A stretch of 64,000 bases of DNA from Cyanobacteria bacterium P01_A01_bin.123 (GCA_039815185.1 JBCBZT010000028.1:39650-103649); one strand, 5' to 3'; positions 18,964 through 29,461 are shown, counted from the stretch's first letter. Numbers and translations: made by a program. Notes: generated by a model from the letters alone, not told the origin.

Positions 18964-20928
18964 ATGAGCATGCCCCAGGCCCAGTTTGATGCCCTTGTTA
19001 AACAGCTAGAGGCCTTTGCTAAAAAACAACCCGGTCGTTACAAATTCCAGGTTCGTTTATTGGCATTGCTGGGATACGGCTACATCATCGTGACTTTGGG
19101 GATAATTATTACCCTCTCCATTCTTTTTCTTCCTAAGTTATTCGCTCAATTTGAACATGTGCGGAGTACCCGCTTAATGGCGCTGATGCTGTTATTTGGC
19201 GTGGGCATTCCGGCGGTGTTGATCTTTTGTATTGTCGAGGCGCTATGGTTTCACATTCCGCCCCCAAACGGGTTGGAACTCAAATCACGACAAGTGCCCC
19301 GGCTATTTCAATTGGTTCGTGATCTCCAGCGTGAACTGAAAACACCCCCTGTGCATTATATTTTGCTGACAGATGAATTCAATGCAGCGATGGCGCAAAT
19401 CCCTCGGTTTGGATTTTTTGGAGGGTATCGCAATTATTTAATTGTAGGTTTACCGCTGCTGCAAACCTTAGCGCCTGCCCAATTCCGGGCTGTGCTTGCC
19501 CACGAACTGGGCCATCTTTCGGGTAGACACGGTCAATTTGGTCACTGGATTTATCGTGTGCGCCAAAGTTGGTATCAACTCTTAGCAAGCTTAGAAAATG
19601 CAGTTCCCCAGACCTCTGAGGGGGCGATCGCGATTATGCTGATGCTAGCCTCTATGATTGGTCGAGGCATTTTTGTATTTTTCTTTCACTGGTATACTCC
19701 CTTTTTTGCAGCCTATTCCTTTGTGTTGGCTCGGGCCGATGAATATGAGGCCGATCGCTATGCTGCAAAGCTGGCGGGCGCTAAAAATTTAGCGTCCGCC
19801 CTTGCTAGTGTTGAAATTAAAGGGGGTTATGTTTTGCCCACCTTTTGGCGAAACCTTGGTGCCAAAGCGGATGTTCAGCTCGAGCCTCCTAACCCTTACA
19901 CCGAGTTAGCCATCCAGATGCAGCAACCGCTCCCATCAGAGGATGCTAAAACCTGGTTAAAGGAAGTATTAGAGCGCCAAACTGACACTGAAGATACCCA
20001 TCCCTGCCTTAAGGATCGGTTAAACCGGATGGGCTGTAAACCCAATCAGGTGCTGCCGTTGCTAAAACCAACTAAAACAACTGCAGCAGAGCAGTTTTTA
20101 GGCAAAGCATTACCTCAGTTGTTGGATCACTTTAATCAGGTCTGGCAGGGAGCTATTACCCACCAATGGCGTGAGCGATACCAAGAGACTCAAACATTAA
20201 AGCAGCAGTTGGCATCCCTAGAAGAGTCAGATAGTGATATGCCGCTTTCCCTAGCAGAACGGTGGCAGCGAGCCAACTTAACTGCTGAACTTAAAGGGGT
20301 AGAAGCAGCCTTGCCTGATTTACAGACGATTCTGTCAGATAAGCCCAACCATCTAGGTGCTCATAGTTTGTTAGGACAACTACTACTAAGCAAGGGCGAT
20401 CGCAAAGGTATTCAGCATTTGGAAAAAGTGATGATGCGAGATTCGAGTGCGTATGCCAAAGGGGTAAAGTTGATTGCGGCCTTTCTCCACAAACATGATG
20501 GCGAAGCAATCGCAAATCAATATTTGACGAAAGCGCGTCAGCAAGCAGAAGTCGTTCGGCAGGCAAGATTCGAGCGATCGCGGGTGACTCACCATCATAC
20601 TTTTGTTTTATCTGAATTGACTCCCGCAGTTCGGCAATCGGTTCAGGTGCAACTGAAGGCTTATGCCGATATCAAGGTTGCCTATCTGGTTCAAAAAGTG
20701 GTGAAACATCTGCCCGATTCGCCGCTGTATGTTTTGGCAATTGAGCCGACTGATCAGGCATTAATCGTTCAAAAAGGGCGATCGCCTAGCGATCAGCTGA
20801 TGGATGCCTTAGTGAATGAGTTGGATTTACCAGACGAAAGTATTCTCATCCTCCTAGATAAGGAGCAAACGGCGTTAAAAGTAAAGCTCCGCAAAATGGA
20901 GGGAGCTAAGCTATATTCCAGTCTTTAA
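18964..20928 (+). CDS. M48 family Zn metalloprotease with C-terminal TPR-like region
   Basis: AVLAHELGH (HExxH), EYEAD, DTHP..DRL; N-terminal TM helices. Confidence 0.88.
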   Translation: MSMPQAQFDALVKQLEAFAKKQPGRYKFQVRLLALLGYGYIIVTLGIIITLSILFLPKLFAQFEHVRSTRLMALMLLFGVGIPAVLIFCIVEALWFHIPPPNGLELKSRQVPRLFQLVRDLQRELKTPPVHYILLTDEFNAAMAQIPRFGFFGGYRNYLIVGLPLLQTLAPAQFRAVLAHELGHLSGRHGQFGHWIYRVRQSWYQLLASLENAVPQTSEGAIAIMLMLASMIGRGIFVFFFHWYTPFFAAYSFVLARADEYEADRYAAKLAGAKNLASALASVEIKGGYVLPTFWRNLGAKADVQLEPPNPYTELAIQMQQPLPSEDAKTWLKEVLERQTDTEDTHPCLKDRLNRMGCKPNQVLPLLKPTKTTAAEQFLGKALPQLLDHFNQVWQGAITHQWRERYQETQTLKQQLASLEESDSDMPLSLAERWQRANLTAELKGVEAALPDLQTILSDKPNHLGAHSLLGQLLLSKGDRKGIQHLEKVMMRDSSAYAKGVKLIAAFLHKHDGEAIANQYLTKARQQAEVVRQARFERSRVTHHHTFVLSELTPAVRQSVQVQLKAYADIKVAYLVQKVVKHLPDSPLYVLAIEPTDQALIVQKGRSPSDQLMDALVNELDLPDESILILLDKEQTALKVKLRKMEGAKLYSSL

Positions 20929-21091
20929 AGCAAGGTTCCGAGCTTGCTTTCTTTTCTTCTGCTCAGAGTCATTAAAGGGCGTTATTATCGCGATCGCCCA
21001 ACCTCATAATTTCCTCACATTTGTTCTCTACCCTTAGACGTGATATTGAACGCTGTGGATCAATCCCATTTAGTGTGAACAGGAGACACAG

Positions 21092-22219
21092 ATGAGCGCA
21101 CTTTCAGAATTAAAGCGATTTTTATTATTTTTGCCTGAGATGTTAATTGGTGGGCCTGCCTACGCCAGACACCTATTTTTAACCCGTAGCTCAACCACAC
21201 TCAATGAACAGGCTGTTTGGTGCCAGCTAACCCAGCCAGAGCACCCCTTCATCAAATGGATATCAGATCACTATCCCCCAGCCCCGTTTAGGAAGTTGCT
21301 GTTAGATGCCTCCGTCGTGATCCAAGATCGCTTGGCTGGGGTCTCTAAACACTACGATATCTCTAATGATTTCTATAAACTTTTTCTCGATCAGAAATAC
21401 TTGTTTTACACCTGTGCAGATTTTATTAATGATACCGACACTATCGAAGATGCCCAGGAAAATAAGGCGAATTACATTTTAGATCTGATTGATCCCCAAC
21501 CGGGAGAGCGAATTTTGGATCTCGGTTGTGGTTGGGGCAGCATGATGAAAAAAGTTTATGGCACGACCGGAGATTCAGAAAATATAATCGGCTATACAAT
21601 CGCCACAGAACAAATTCGATTTATCCAGGAAACCTATGGGTTTCGAGCGGAATTCAAAGATCTGGTAACTGCTGAGTATGAACCAGAATCATTCGACAAA
21701 ATTTATTCCATTGGATTCGTTGAACATATTCCCATCAATCAGTTGTTGCCTGTCGCCCGCAAACTGGCTAAAGCTGTAAAGCCAACGGGTAGGATAGTCC
21801 ATCACTTTTTCTGCCAATTGAGCGATGCCCCTCCAGCCCGACTGCTAGGGCTAGGCATCCAGATGTTTCCGGGGGCGGAGTTGACCTCGCTGAGACACCA
21901 CCTCAAAGTATTTGACCAAGCTGGGTTTAACATCGTACACCAGTCAATTCATAACTATCGCCCGACCCTCTGGGCTTGGTATGAACGCTTAACTCAGCAT
22001 CGAGAAGCGGCAATTCGCCTAGTCGGTGTTCAAACTTATAACCGCTATCTATGCTACCTTGCTGATGCCTGGCGCTTGTTCGACGATCGCGATTTGGTCT
22101 TGACCCGATTTGTTTTGCAACGGCAAGATGCCCCGGTCAAGCTGGGAGCTACGGTAAACTTTAAGGCTGGTCAATCTGTCTCGCAGACTCCAGAGAAGGT
22201 AGCGTCATGGATGGCTTAA
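21092..22219 (+). CDS. cyclopropane-fatty-acyl-phospholipid synthase (Cfa/CMAS) family SAM methyltransferase
   Basis: HYDISNDFY, YTCA, ILDLGCGWG, FDKIYSIG..EH, FPG, YRPTLWAW. Confidence 0.85.
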   Translation: MSALSELKRFLLFLPEMLIGGPAYARHLFLTRSSTTLNEQAVWCQLTQPEHPFIKWISDHYPPAPFRKLLLDASVVIQDRLAGVSKHYDISNDFYKLFLDQKYLFYTCADFINDTDTIEDAQENKANYILDLIDPQPGERILDLGCGWGSMMKKVYGTTGDSENIIGYTIATEQIRFIQETYGFRAEFKDLVTAEYEPESFDKIYSIGFVEHIPINQLLPVARKLAKAVKPTGRIVHHFFCQLSDAPPARLLGLGIQMFPGAELTSLRHHLKVFDQAGFNIVHQSIHNYRPTLWAWYERLTQHREAAIRLVGVQTYNRYLCYLADAWRLFDDRDLVLTRFVLQRQDAPVKLGATVNFKAGQSVSQTPEKVASWMA

Positions 22220-23289
22220 TTCCTCAGCGTGTTTATGCCAAACAATTGCGATCGCAGTTACCCCCAACAGCCTTTAACCCTGATCCGAGTAAGCTCATCC
22301 TATTGTTGATTAATTTGCTAATTTTGCTCCTAGGTTGGGGCATAGGGGCTCAACTCAATCACTGGCCAAAGCAATGGCTATGGCTGTACGTGCCATTTGC
22401 TGTAGTGATGGCTAACAGTGTGATTGTCATGGCCTTTGCGAGCCATGATTTAATGCATGGAAGCGTGATTCGAAACTACAAGTTAGCTTACAAGATTTCT
22501 CTAGTGAGTCAGGCTATTTTATGGATGCCTCCAACCCTATGGAAAATTATCCATAATCAAATTCATCACAATAAGACAAATACTCCAGAAGATCCGGATC
22601 GCAACTATCAATATCAACAACCCAATACAATTGGAAAACGAGTTCAGAATCTGCTGTTTCCTTCATCTGAGGTATCGCTTTTCTGGCTAATTTTAGGCAT
22701 GATGACACAGTGGAGCATTTATGCGTTTCGCAATGTTTTTTTAGTCTTAGTGGAGAATAGCCGTCGTCAAAATTATGCGCCTGCGACGTTTACGGTTAGC
22801 AATCGAGAGCGGTGGAAAATTGCTCAAGAATTTGCGCTAATGCTGGGAATGCATTTTGGGGTCTTGGCTTGGCTTTCCTTTGATCCGCTTAAACTTGCCC
22901 TAGCTTACTTTTTTCCCATCGTGTTGGGTCATGCTGGGATGATGTTTTATATCTATACCAATCATTTGGTTTCTCCGATGACGGATATTAATGATCCGTT
23001 AGTCAACAGCGTTTCCCTGCGAGTCCCCAAAATCTTGGATTTGATCCATGTCAATTTCTCGCATCATGCTGAGCATCATATTTTCCCAGGGTTGAATTCT
23101 GATTACTATCCAATGGTGAGAGAGCTGCTTGGCCAGCTATACCCGAACCAAATTGGATTCGTGATCAGCCCCAAGGAGGCTTGGCGTTTGCTACTTTCAA
23201 CCCCTCGGCATTATCTTGATGCAATCACCTTAACTGATTGGCAAGGGCAGAAACGCGTGCCTTGTTATTTGAATATGTCATACAACTGA
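22207..23289 (+). CDS. membrane fatty acid desaturase family protein
   Basis: Three His boxes HDLMH, HNQIHH, HAEHH with TM segments; 13-bp overlap with the methyltransferase. Confidence 0.88.
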   Translation: MDGLIPQRVYAKQLRSQLPPTAFNPDPSKLILLLINLLILLLGWGIGAQLNHWPKQWLWLYVPFAVVMANSVIVMAFASHDLMHGSVIRNYKLAYKISLVSQAILWMPPTLWKIIHNQIHHNKTNTPEDPDRNYQYQQPNTIGKRVQNLLFPSSEVSLFWLILGMMTQWSIYAFRNVFLVLVENSRRQNYAPATFTVSNRERWKIAQEFALMLGMHFGVLAWLSFDPLKLALAYFFPIVLGHAGMMFYIYTNHLVSPMTDINDPLVNSVSLRVPKILDLIHVNFSHHAEHHIFPGLNSDYYPMVRELLGQLYPNQIGFVISPKEAWRLLLSTPRHYLDAITLTDWQGQKRVPCYLNMSYN

Positions 23290-23297
23290 AATTCTAG

Positions 23298-23331
23298 TAG
23301 ATAAGGAAGTCAGATAAGACTTCCTTATCTA
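23298..23331. repeat. perfect 14-bp inverted repeat with 6-nt spacer (possible terminator)
   Basis: TAGATAAGGAAGTC-AGATAA-GACTTCCTTATCTA just after the desaturase stop. Confidence 0.85.
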
Positions 23332-23342
23332 TCAGTCGTCAG

Positions 23343-23388
23343 CCATCTTTCGGGACTGGTCTGTTAACAGACCAGTCCCGAAAGATGG
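23343..23388. repeat. perfect 46-bp palindrome with no spacer
   Basis: CCATCTTTCGGGACTGGTCTGTT|AACAGACCAGTCCCGAAAGATGG. Confidence 0.95.
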
Positions 23389-23482
23389 AAAAGCTTATTA
23401 TCAGAAAATTCTAATCCATTACTAAGCCTCCAATCAGTGGAACCCGGTAGATTAAATCACATCCGGTCGTCACTCAAGACTT

Positions 23483-24154
23483 ATGGGGCAGCAGACACTA
23501 GACGTGGAGTTACAGCAGTTTCTTGTGATTGACGATCACGAGGCCATTTTAGAGGGCACGGTTCCGGCCCTGCAAAAGCAATATCCAAAGGCTCAAATCT
23601 CAACTGCTAAAACGGTTCAAGCGGCGGAGTGGCAAATTCTACATTGCCCCCCTGACCTGGTGATTGTGGATTTGAGTTTGCCCGCAACCGCGAATTCTCC
23701 TGCCACGGCTGAGGTTGGGATTCGCCTGTTAGATAAGCTCATGGGCAGCGATAGGGCTCCCAATATTATGGTGCTCAGTACCAACGTTAAGCCTTTGATT
23801 CGACTCAAGCCTGTGATCAATGCCTATGAAGGGGGCTTTGTCGCCATGGATAAATCTTTGCCGATTCAAAATATGCTCAACTCTGTCGAGATTGCACTGC
23901 GGGGCTCGATCTACTTACCCCCTGAGGTGAGGGCACGCCCTGAATTTGACCGCAAGTGGCTAGAGGTGCTTAAGCTTAAATATCAAGAGGGACTTTCTGA
24001 CAAAGCGATCGCCAAAGCGATGGGCATCAGCGATCGCACCATCCGCAACTATTGGGTCAGAATCCAAGATGGACTAAGCGTTTACGATGATCCCAACAAA
24101 GACCTGCGAATTCAAATCCAGATTGCTGCCCGCAAGGCCGGTCTAATTAACTAG
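23483..24154 (+). CDS. NarL/LuxR-type DNA-binding response regulator
   Basis: Receiver VIDDH...DLVIVDLSLP; C-terminal HTH GLSDKAIAKAMGISDRTIRNY. Confidence 0.88.
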   Translation: MGQQTLDVELQQFLVIDDHEAILEGTVPALQKQYPKAQISTAKTVQAAEWQILHCPPDLVIVDLSLPATANSPATAEVGIRLLDKLMGSDRAPNIMVLSTNVKPLIRLKPVINAYEGGFVAMDKSLPIQNMLNSVEIALRGSIYLPPEVRARPEFDRKWLEVLKLKYQEGLSDKAIAKAMGISDRTIRNYWVRIQDGLSVYDDPNKDLRIQIQIAARKAGLIN

Positions 24155-24169
24155 GTGTAACGCTGATCA

Positions 24170-26092
24170 ATGCTGCGGCAAATACGGAGATCCCTCAAAG
24201 AGCGGCTTTCAGATTGGCGAGAACTCATTCTGCCCGGCACTCTAATTATTGGCCTAGTGTGTCTGGTCCGCTTGAGCGGGCTTTTACAGACGCAAGAGTG
24301 GATGGCCTGGGACGCTTTTTCGCGGCAGTGCCCCCAGCAGACACAACCGCCGCGAATTGCCATCATCAGTGTTGACGAGGCCGATTATCAAGCGACGGGA
24401 GGCTTTCCGATTTCAGATCAGGTGTTAGCTCAGACCCTCACCACCTTGCAACAGTATCAACCCAGGGTTATCGGTCTCGATATTTTTAGAGATCTGCCGG
24501 TTGGGGCAGGGCAAGATAGGCTGCATCAAGTCATGCAATCGATGCCTAATTTGGTGGCAGTGGAGGTAACGCTCAATCAGGAATCGAGCCTGAATATTGC
24601 CCCGCCTGCAGGGATGCCCCCAGACCAAGTGGGGTTTGCCGACTTAATTGGGGATGGGGATGGTAAGCTGCGACGCGTCATCCTAGCTGCCCGTGACTGG
24701 GAGGGCAATCTAAAATATTCGCTGGCGTTACAACTGGCCAGACAATACCTCCAGGGTGAGGATATCTCGTTTAGCCACGGGGAGCGCTCAACCGATCTGA
24801 TTCGATTTGGACAGTTTACATTGCCCAGATTTCGCCCCAACTCAGGCGGCTATATTCGGGCCGATGCCAATGGTAATCAGATGCTGATGCATTTTTGCAT
24901 GTTGCAAAAGCCTTATGAAATCATGTCTTTGCGCGATCTCCTAGCAGAGGAGGTTGAGGCGGATCAGCTGCGCAATCGCATCGTGATCATCGGCAACATC
25001 GCCAACAGCGTCAAGGATAGCTTTATCACCTCGGCCGTGCATACAACCTTATATACCCAGCGCATATCAGGCCCCCCCACGCCAACCCAACTGATCTATG
25101 GCGTCGAAATTCATGCCCACGCGACCAAACAAATTCTCAGCTCGGTGCTCGATAGGCCCTGCATGTTAGTCACCTGGCCAGAGTTGTGGGAATACCTCTG
25201 GATTATCAGCTGGGGCTTAATTGGCATGACTATTAGTGTCGTGCTGCAATCGCCGTGGAAAAGCGTCGTCAGCCTTGCGATCGCAACTCTCTGTCTACTG
25301 GGCATTGGCTATGGCGCTCTCAATGCCAACTGGTGGATTCCTGTCGTACCGACGGCCCTGGCCCTTTGTGGGGCGGGATTGGTGACGGCCTTCTTTGATC
25401 GAGATATGCGCTTTGAGCTAGAACAGCGACGGATAACCGTTGAACGCACCTATGCAGCAGTTCATAACGGCCCACTGCAACACTTAGCCGCCATTTTGCG
25501 CAGCTTGGGTGAGCAAGAGATATCCCCTAAGCAAATGCGACAACAGCTCCAAGCGCTCAACGCTGAAATGCGCAGCATCTTTGAACACATGATGCGCCAG
25601 GGGACTACGGCTCGCGGCGATATCCTTTACTTGGCTGACAATACCGTTCTTGACCTACAGCACCCCCTGGCCGATTTGCTTTATCAAGTCTATGACCACA
25701 CGCTTGCACAGCCACTGTCAGGGTTTGCCAGTGTGCAAACCTATATTCCTCCCAATTTTGAGTGTGTCAACCAAAGTTACTTCAGCCCAGACCAAAAGCG
25801 TGATCTCTGTCTATTTCTGCAAGAGGCGCTGCTCAATATCGGCAAACATGCCATTGGTGCAACTCGAATTGACGTCATCTGTATCGCCGAGCCCCACTAT
25901 TATCGACTGCAAATTGTAGACAATGGCCAAGGTTTTACCATAATTCCCGAGCCGATTGGTCAGGGAACTCGCCAGGCTGTTGCCCTAGCTCAGCGCCTTA
26001 GCGGTCAATTTCAACGTCGCCTTTATCCCCCCCAGGGAATCCTTTGTGAGTTAACTTGGCCGAAGTCTCGACGGTTTAGAAGACGGGGTTAA
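24170..26092 (+). CDS. CHASE2-domain sensor histidine kinase (HisKA_3/HATPase-like)
   Basis: CHASE2 motifs (PRVIGLDIFRD, VGFAD..D.DG.LRR, GVEIHA), three TMs, VHNGPLQ, QEALLNIGKHA, DNGQG. Confidence 0.85.
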   Translation: MLRQIRRSLKERLSDWRELILPGTLIIGLVCLVRLSGLLQTQEWMAWDAFSRQCPQQTQPPRIAIISVDEADYQATGGFPISDQVLAQTLTTLQQYQPRVIGLDIFRDLPVGAGQDRLHQVMQSMPNLVAVEVTLNQESSLNIAPPAGMPPDQVGFADLIGDGDGKLRRVILAARDWEGNLKYSLALQLARQYLQGEDISFSHGERSTDLIRFGQFTLPRFRPNSGGYIRADANGNQMLMHFCMLQKPYEIMSLRDLLAEEVEADQLRNRIVIIGNIANSVKDSFITSAVHTTLYTQRISGPPTPTQLIYGVEIHAHATKQILSSVLDRPCMLVTWPELWEYLWIISWGLIGMTISVVLQSPWKSVVSLAIATLCLLGIGYGALNANWWIPVVPTALALCGAGLVTAFFDRDMRFELEQRRITVERTYAAVHNGPLQHLAAILRSLGEQEISPKQMRQQLQALNAEMRSIFEHMMRQGTTARGDILYLADNTVLDLQHPLADLLYQVYDHTLAQPLSGFASVQTYIPPNFECVNQSYFSPDQKRDLCLFLQEALLNIGKHAIGATRIDVICIAEPHYYRLQIVDNGQGFTIIPEPIGQGTRQAVALAQRLSGQFQRRLYPPQGILCELTWPKSRRFRRRG

Positions 26093-26972
26093 GCGGGAAT
26101 TCTATCCCCGTCCGATTGGAACCCTGGAGTCGGAGCACCCGATCTATATTTTTCCAAAATTGGCAAACGGATTGCCCGCATTCCCCATGAATTTCTGTGG
26201 ATGCTGTTGCAAGATGGAAATATTCAACGACGATAAGCGCCTAATGCCTTGGATTGTTGTTTCGCTATAAAAGTTATTTACAGGTGCTAAACCCTCAGAC
26301 ATAGACCCAGTTCAATATTTCTTGAGAAGAATAATGGTGAATGTTCTAAGTTTTCCAAAACTAACGTGCTGATCTGTTTAACGTGAGCCACCTGACAGTC
26401 CCCGAGTATTTGGCGGTGGATCATCTGTGTCTTGAGCTATTACCAAAGGACTGATTAAGAGCCAAAATCCCAAGCTCAACCCCAAAGTTCTGCGAATAGT
26501 TTTCCAACGATGCATTGTCACTCCTCCTAAGACAAACTAAGGAGATTTGTAAGCTAGGGATACCCCTGTACATCTCCCAGTTAATAAGAAAGTCCATGAA
26601 GCCCACAAGACACATTAGACACGTTAGTGCGGAAATTAGCAAAAGTTAGTTTTAAACAAGCTGTTTTGTTAATTCCGAACCGAAATAAATTGCTTTAAAT
26701 CAAACTTAAAAACTGACATATTGATTTGAAATAAGCTTTGGCAATATCCTGCTCTCTAGCTTTCCTGCACCAAAAACTCAAGCGCTTTTTCTTAAGCTTA
26801 AAACTCAAGTTTTCAAATCGGATGTGGTTTAGTATCAAGCTATAGTGCTTAGACTATCTGCTCGATAAGCGGCTATGGAATTGGCGACAGCCCATCTTTT
26901 CTTCTCTCAACGGTAGAGAGATTAAGTCTGTGATGGATCTTTATTTGATTTTCATGGCGTAACGGAGACTGA

Positions 26973-27719
26973 GTGATGCAAACCTCTCTCAAACAGACAC
27001 CGATTAATACTTGGCAGCTCCCTCGCAGCTCTAAACCTAAGTACATTATGATCATTGCTGGCGAGACAGAGCTGGCAGAGACGCTTCAACTTGAATTAAA
27101 TCTGGAAGGCTATCAGGTCATTGTGATCCACGACGGGTTGCGTGGCCTCCATGCGGTTAAACGCATCAGCCCAGATTTGGTAGTTATTAGTTGGTCGCCG
27201 CCCAGGCTTTCAGGTTTGGAGATTTGTAATCGCCTACGGTCGAGTGGGGGCTCTGAGCCAGTCATTTTGCTAACTCAGGGGAATAATGCTGGGGATCGGA
27301 TTGCGGGTCTTCAATCTGGAGCCAATGACTGCATCTCTTTACCCTTTATCAAAGAGGAATTTATTGCACGGATTCACGCCAATCTGGTCAATCATCATGT
27401 TGGACAAGCCCACGCTTCAATTTTAAGGTGTGCCGACCTCCAGCTCAATCGGAAAACCAGGGAGGTATTTCGTGGCGATCGCTTTATTCAGCTCACGGCT
27501 AAAGAGTTTGATCTACTGGAATACATGATGAATCATTATTTCCAAGTATTGACTCGGGTACAGATTTTAGAAAATGTTTGGGGCTATGACTATTTGGGTA
27601 GCTCCAACATTATCGAGGTCTACATTCGTTATTTGCGACAGAAACTAGAAGACTCCCGAGAAAACCGCTTAATACACACTGTCCGTAATGTAGGTTATAT
27701 CCTGAGGGAAACCACCTAA
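26973..27719 (+). CDS. OmpR-family response regulator with a degenerate receiver domain
   Basis: Intact winged helix (LTAKEFDLL, VWGYDY, VYIRYLRQKL, HTVRNVGY); receiver lacks the acidic pair, phospho-Asp and conserved Lys. Confidence 0.85.
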   Translation: MMQTSLKQTPINTWQLPRSSKPKYIMIIAGETELAETLQLELNLEGYQVIVIHDGLRGLHAVKRISPDLVVISWSPPRLSGLEICNRLRSSGGSEPVILLTQGNNAGDRIAGLQSGANDCISLPFIKEEFIARIHANLVNHHVGQAHASILRCADLQLNRKTREVFRGDRFIQLTAKEFDLLEYMMNHYFQVLTRVQILENVWGYDYLGSSNIIEVYIRYLRQKLEDSRENRLIHTVRNVGYILRETT

Positions 27720-27856
27720 ATCACGACACCGCTGGTTGTTTTTGAATAAGTGCACAGGAATCCCGGTGGCACGGCCCCATTTTTGTCCTAGCCCGATTGT
27801 GATCATCACCATGCGAGCAAGAACATGTGAGCGGGAACATGTGAGGCATAGGGGGC

Positions 27857-29461
27857 CTATCGGATATTCAACACCTGCCGCAACAAGGCCTGATCGTCAG
27901 CGTTGATGTTGAACCGTCCCTTCTCAACATCTCGAATCCAACTTTGGCTTTTACCCAGGCGTTCGGCCAAAGTGCGCTGGGTGAAGTTTTGTTGTTGGCG
28001 GGCCGCTTTGATGTCGCTACCCGAAAGCTGTTTTGATTGATTCACCGTCTGGGATTGAGACTGGCGGCGACGGCGTTTGGTAGACTTGCGCTGCGTCGTT
28101 TGATGCCAGTCATCAGATAACTCGACCCCTAGCAGGCGGGCATTGAGTAAACGCTGCCATTTATCCCGGGGGGCAGTACCCGTTAGGCTGAGGGCATGAT
28201 TGGCATCTTCGGTCCAAAATTCTAAGGCATCATCGGCATCGTCTGGGATATCAGCGACCCGAGCCCACAATGGCTGAATATCGGCAGGGTAAGTGTCTGG
28301 ATCGAACAGGGGTCTGAGTCCGTAGTAGTAAATGGTTTCCAAATCGCTCTCAAAGGTTTTGAGTAAGCGCTTGTGGGCCCCCCGGATGGTCGTGGCTTCT
28401 ATTAACCGTTCTTCGCCATAGGCAATCCGCAGCAGGGTGCGCACCGTCATCCGGTGATCGCCGCCGAGGCGCAACTTAAACAACAGCCACAGCAACAAAC
28501 GGATAGCCCCTTCATGCTGTTGCCAATTGCTCATCACCTCTGTCAGCAGGGATTGAGGTAAAGTCCCGTATTGGTAAAAGGCATTTTGACCACGGTAGTC
28601 TCGCGGGTTGAGAAAGTGCCGGGCCCAGATCCCCGTTCGCACTGTAAAGCTCAGCCCGATGAGATGGCGTCCCCCGCTGGCATCTTTCTCAAAGTAGTAT
28701 TGGGTATCTAGCAGTTGCCAGACCGGATGTTGATCAAGGTTAAAGGCTTGGACTTTGCCTTGGCGGGGCCAGTCGAGGGCGACCAGAATCTGGCAGGACT
28801 GATATACCAGGTCTTTGATCAAGGTGAGCTTGTCGAGTTTGGTCAGGTCTTTGCGCTTATCCAGCCCCAAATATTGCTCAATGTGCTGGTCGTTGAGGAC
28901 AAAGGTTTCTTCCCACGGGCGATCGAGGGTGATGGCATACGCCGCAAAAATCAGATGGACGCAGGCAGCCCGAATGTCGAAGTTTGCAATGGCGGCTGTT
29001 GCCTGATCTGGGGCCATTGGCACTGGATCATCAGTTTCGGGATCTGTTGCCAACCAAAACCGCATTTCTCCCCGCCCCCGGTGTACGGCCCGACGGTAGC
29101 AGAGTTGATTGTCTGCATCAGGCTGCCAAGGCAAGGTTTGTCGCTGGGCCAGAATATTACAGGTCTCCCACATCACCATGGATGAGGCGAAAGGGGTCGT
29201 TTTGCCGTTGAGAAAAATATCGTGAATTGCGGCTGGAAGGAGGGTACTTTTGCAACGCCCCTTTTTCGGCTGTAGAGGCGTTAATGACCCTACGTTACAC
29301 ACTTCTACGCAGCGGGGCGTCTCTAGATCCGGGCAGTCATCGCAGCGGGTGGGATCAATCCAATAGCCATCCCAATCAGCTTCAACCTTAATGGCCCCAC
29401 TGGGACATTGAGGCCGACAACTATCACAAGAGACACAACCGTCTTTGATGGTGTGAGCCAT
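27857..29461 (-). CDS. cnfR: CnfR/PatB, master transcriptional activator of nif genes
   Basis: N-terminal ferredoxin-type Cys motifs (CVSCDSCRPQCP; CDDC...CVEVC), C-terminal XRE HTH (TQRTLAERLGKSQSWIRDVEKG), next to the nif cluster. Confidence 0.93.
   Translation of the reverse strand: MAHTIKDGCVSCDSCRPQCPSGAIKVEADWDGYWIDPTRCDDCPDLETPRCVEVCNVGSLTPLQPKKGRCKSTLLPAAIHDIFLNGKTTPFASSMVMWETCNILAQRQTLPWQPDADNQLCYRRAVHRGRGEMRFWLATDPETDDPVPMAPDQATAAIANFDIRAACVHLIFAAYAITLDRPWEETFVLNDQHIEQYLGLDKRKDLTKLDKLTLIKDLVYQSCQILVALDWPRQGKVQAFNLDQHPVWQLLDTQYYFEKDASGGRHLIGLSFTVRTGIWARHFLNPRDYRGQNAFYQYGTLPQSLLTEVMSNWQQHEGAIRLLLWLLFKLRLGGDHRMTVRTLLRIAYGEERLIEATTIRGAHKRLLKTFESDLETIYYYGLRPLFDPDTYPADIQPLWARVADIPDDADDALEFWTEDANHALSLTGTAPRDKWQRLLNARLLGVELSDDWHQTTQRKSTKRRRRQSQSQTVNQSKQLSGSDIKAARQQQNFTQRTLAERLGKSQSWIRDVEKGRFNINADDQALLRQVLNIR

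Noticed and set aside
26270..26335. AGGTGCTAAA...CTTGAGAAGA, faintly like the 3' half of a SAM-I riboswitch
   Set aside because: The 5' core is absent and no methionine/SAM gene follows
27821..27846. GAACATGTGAG direct repeat, two copies
   Set aside because: Only two short copies between convergent genes; not CRISPR-like and no function evident
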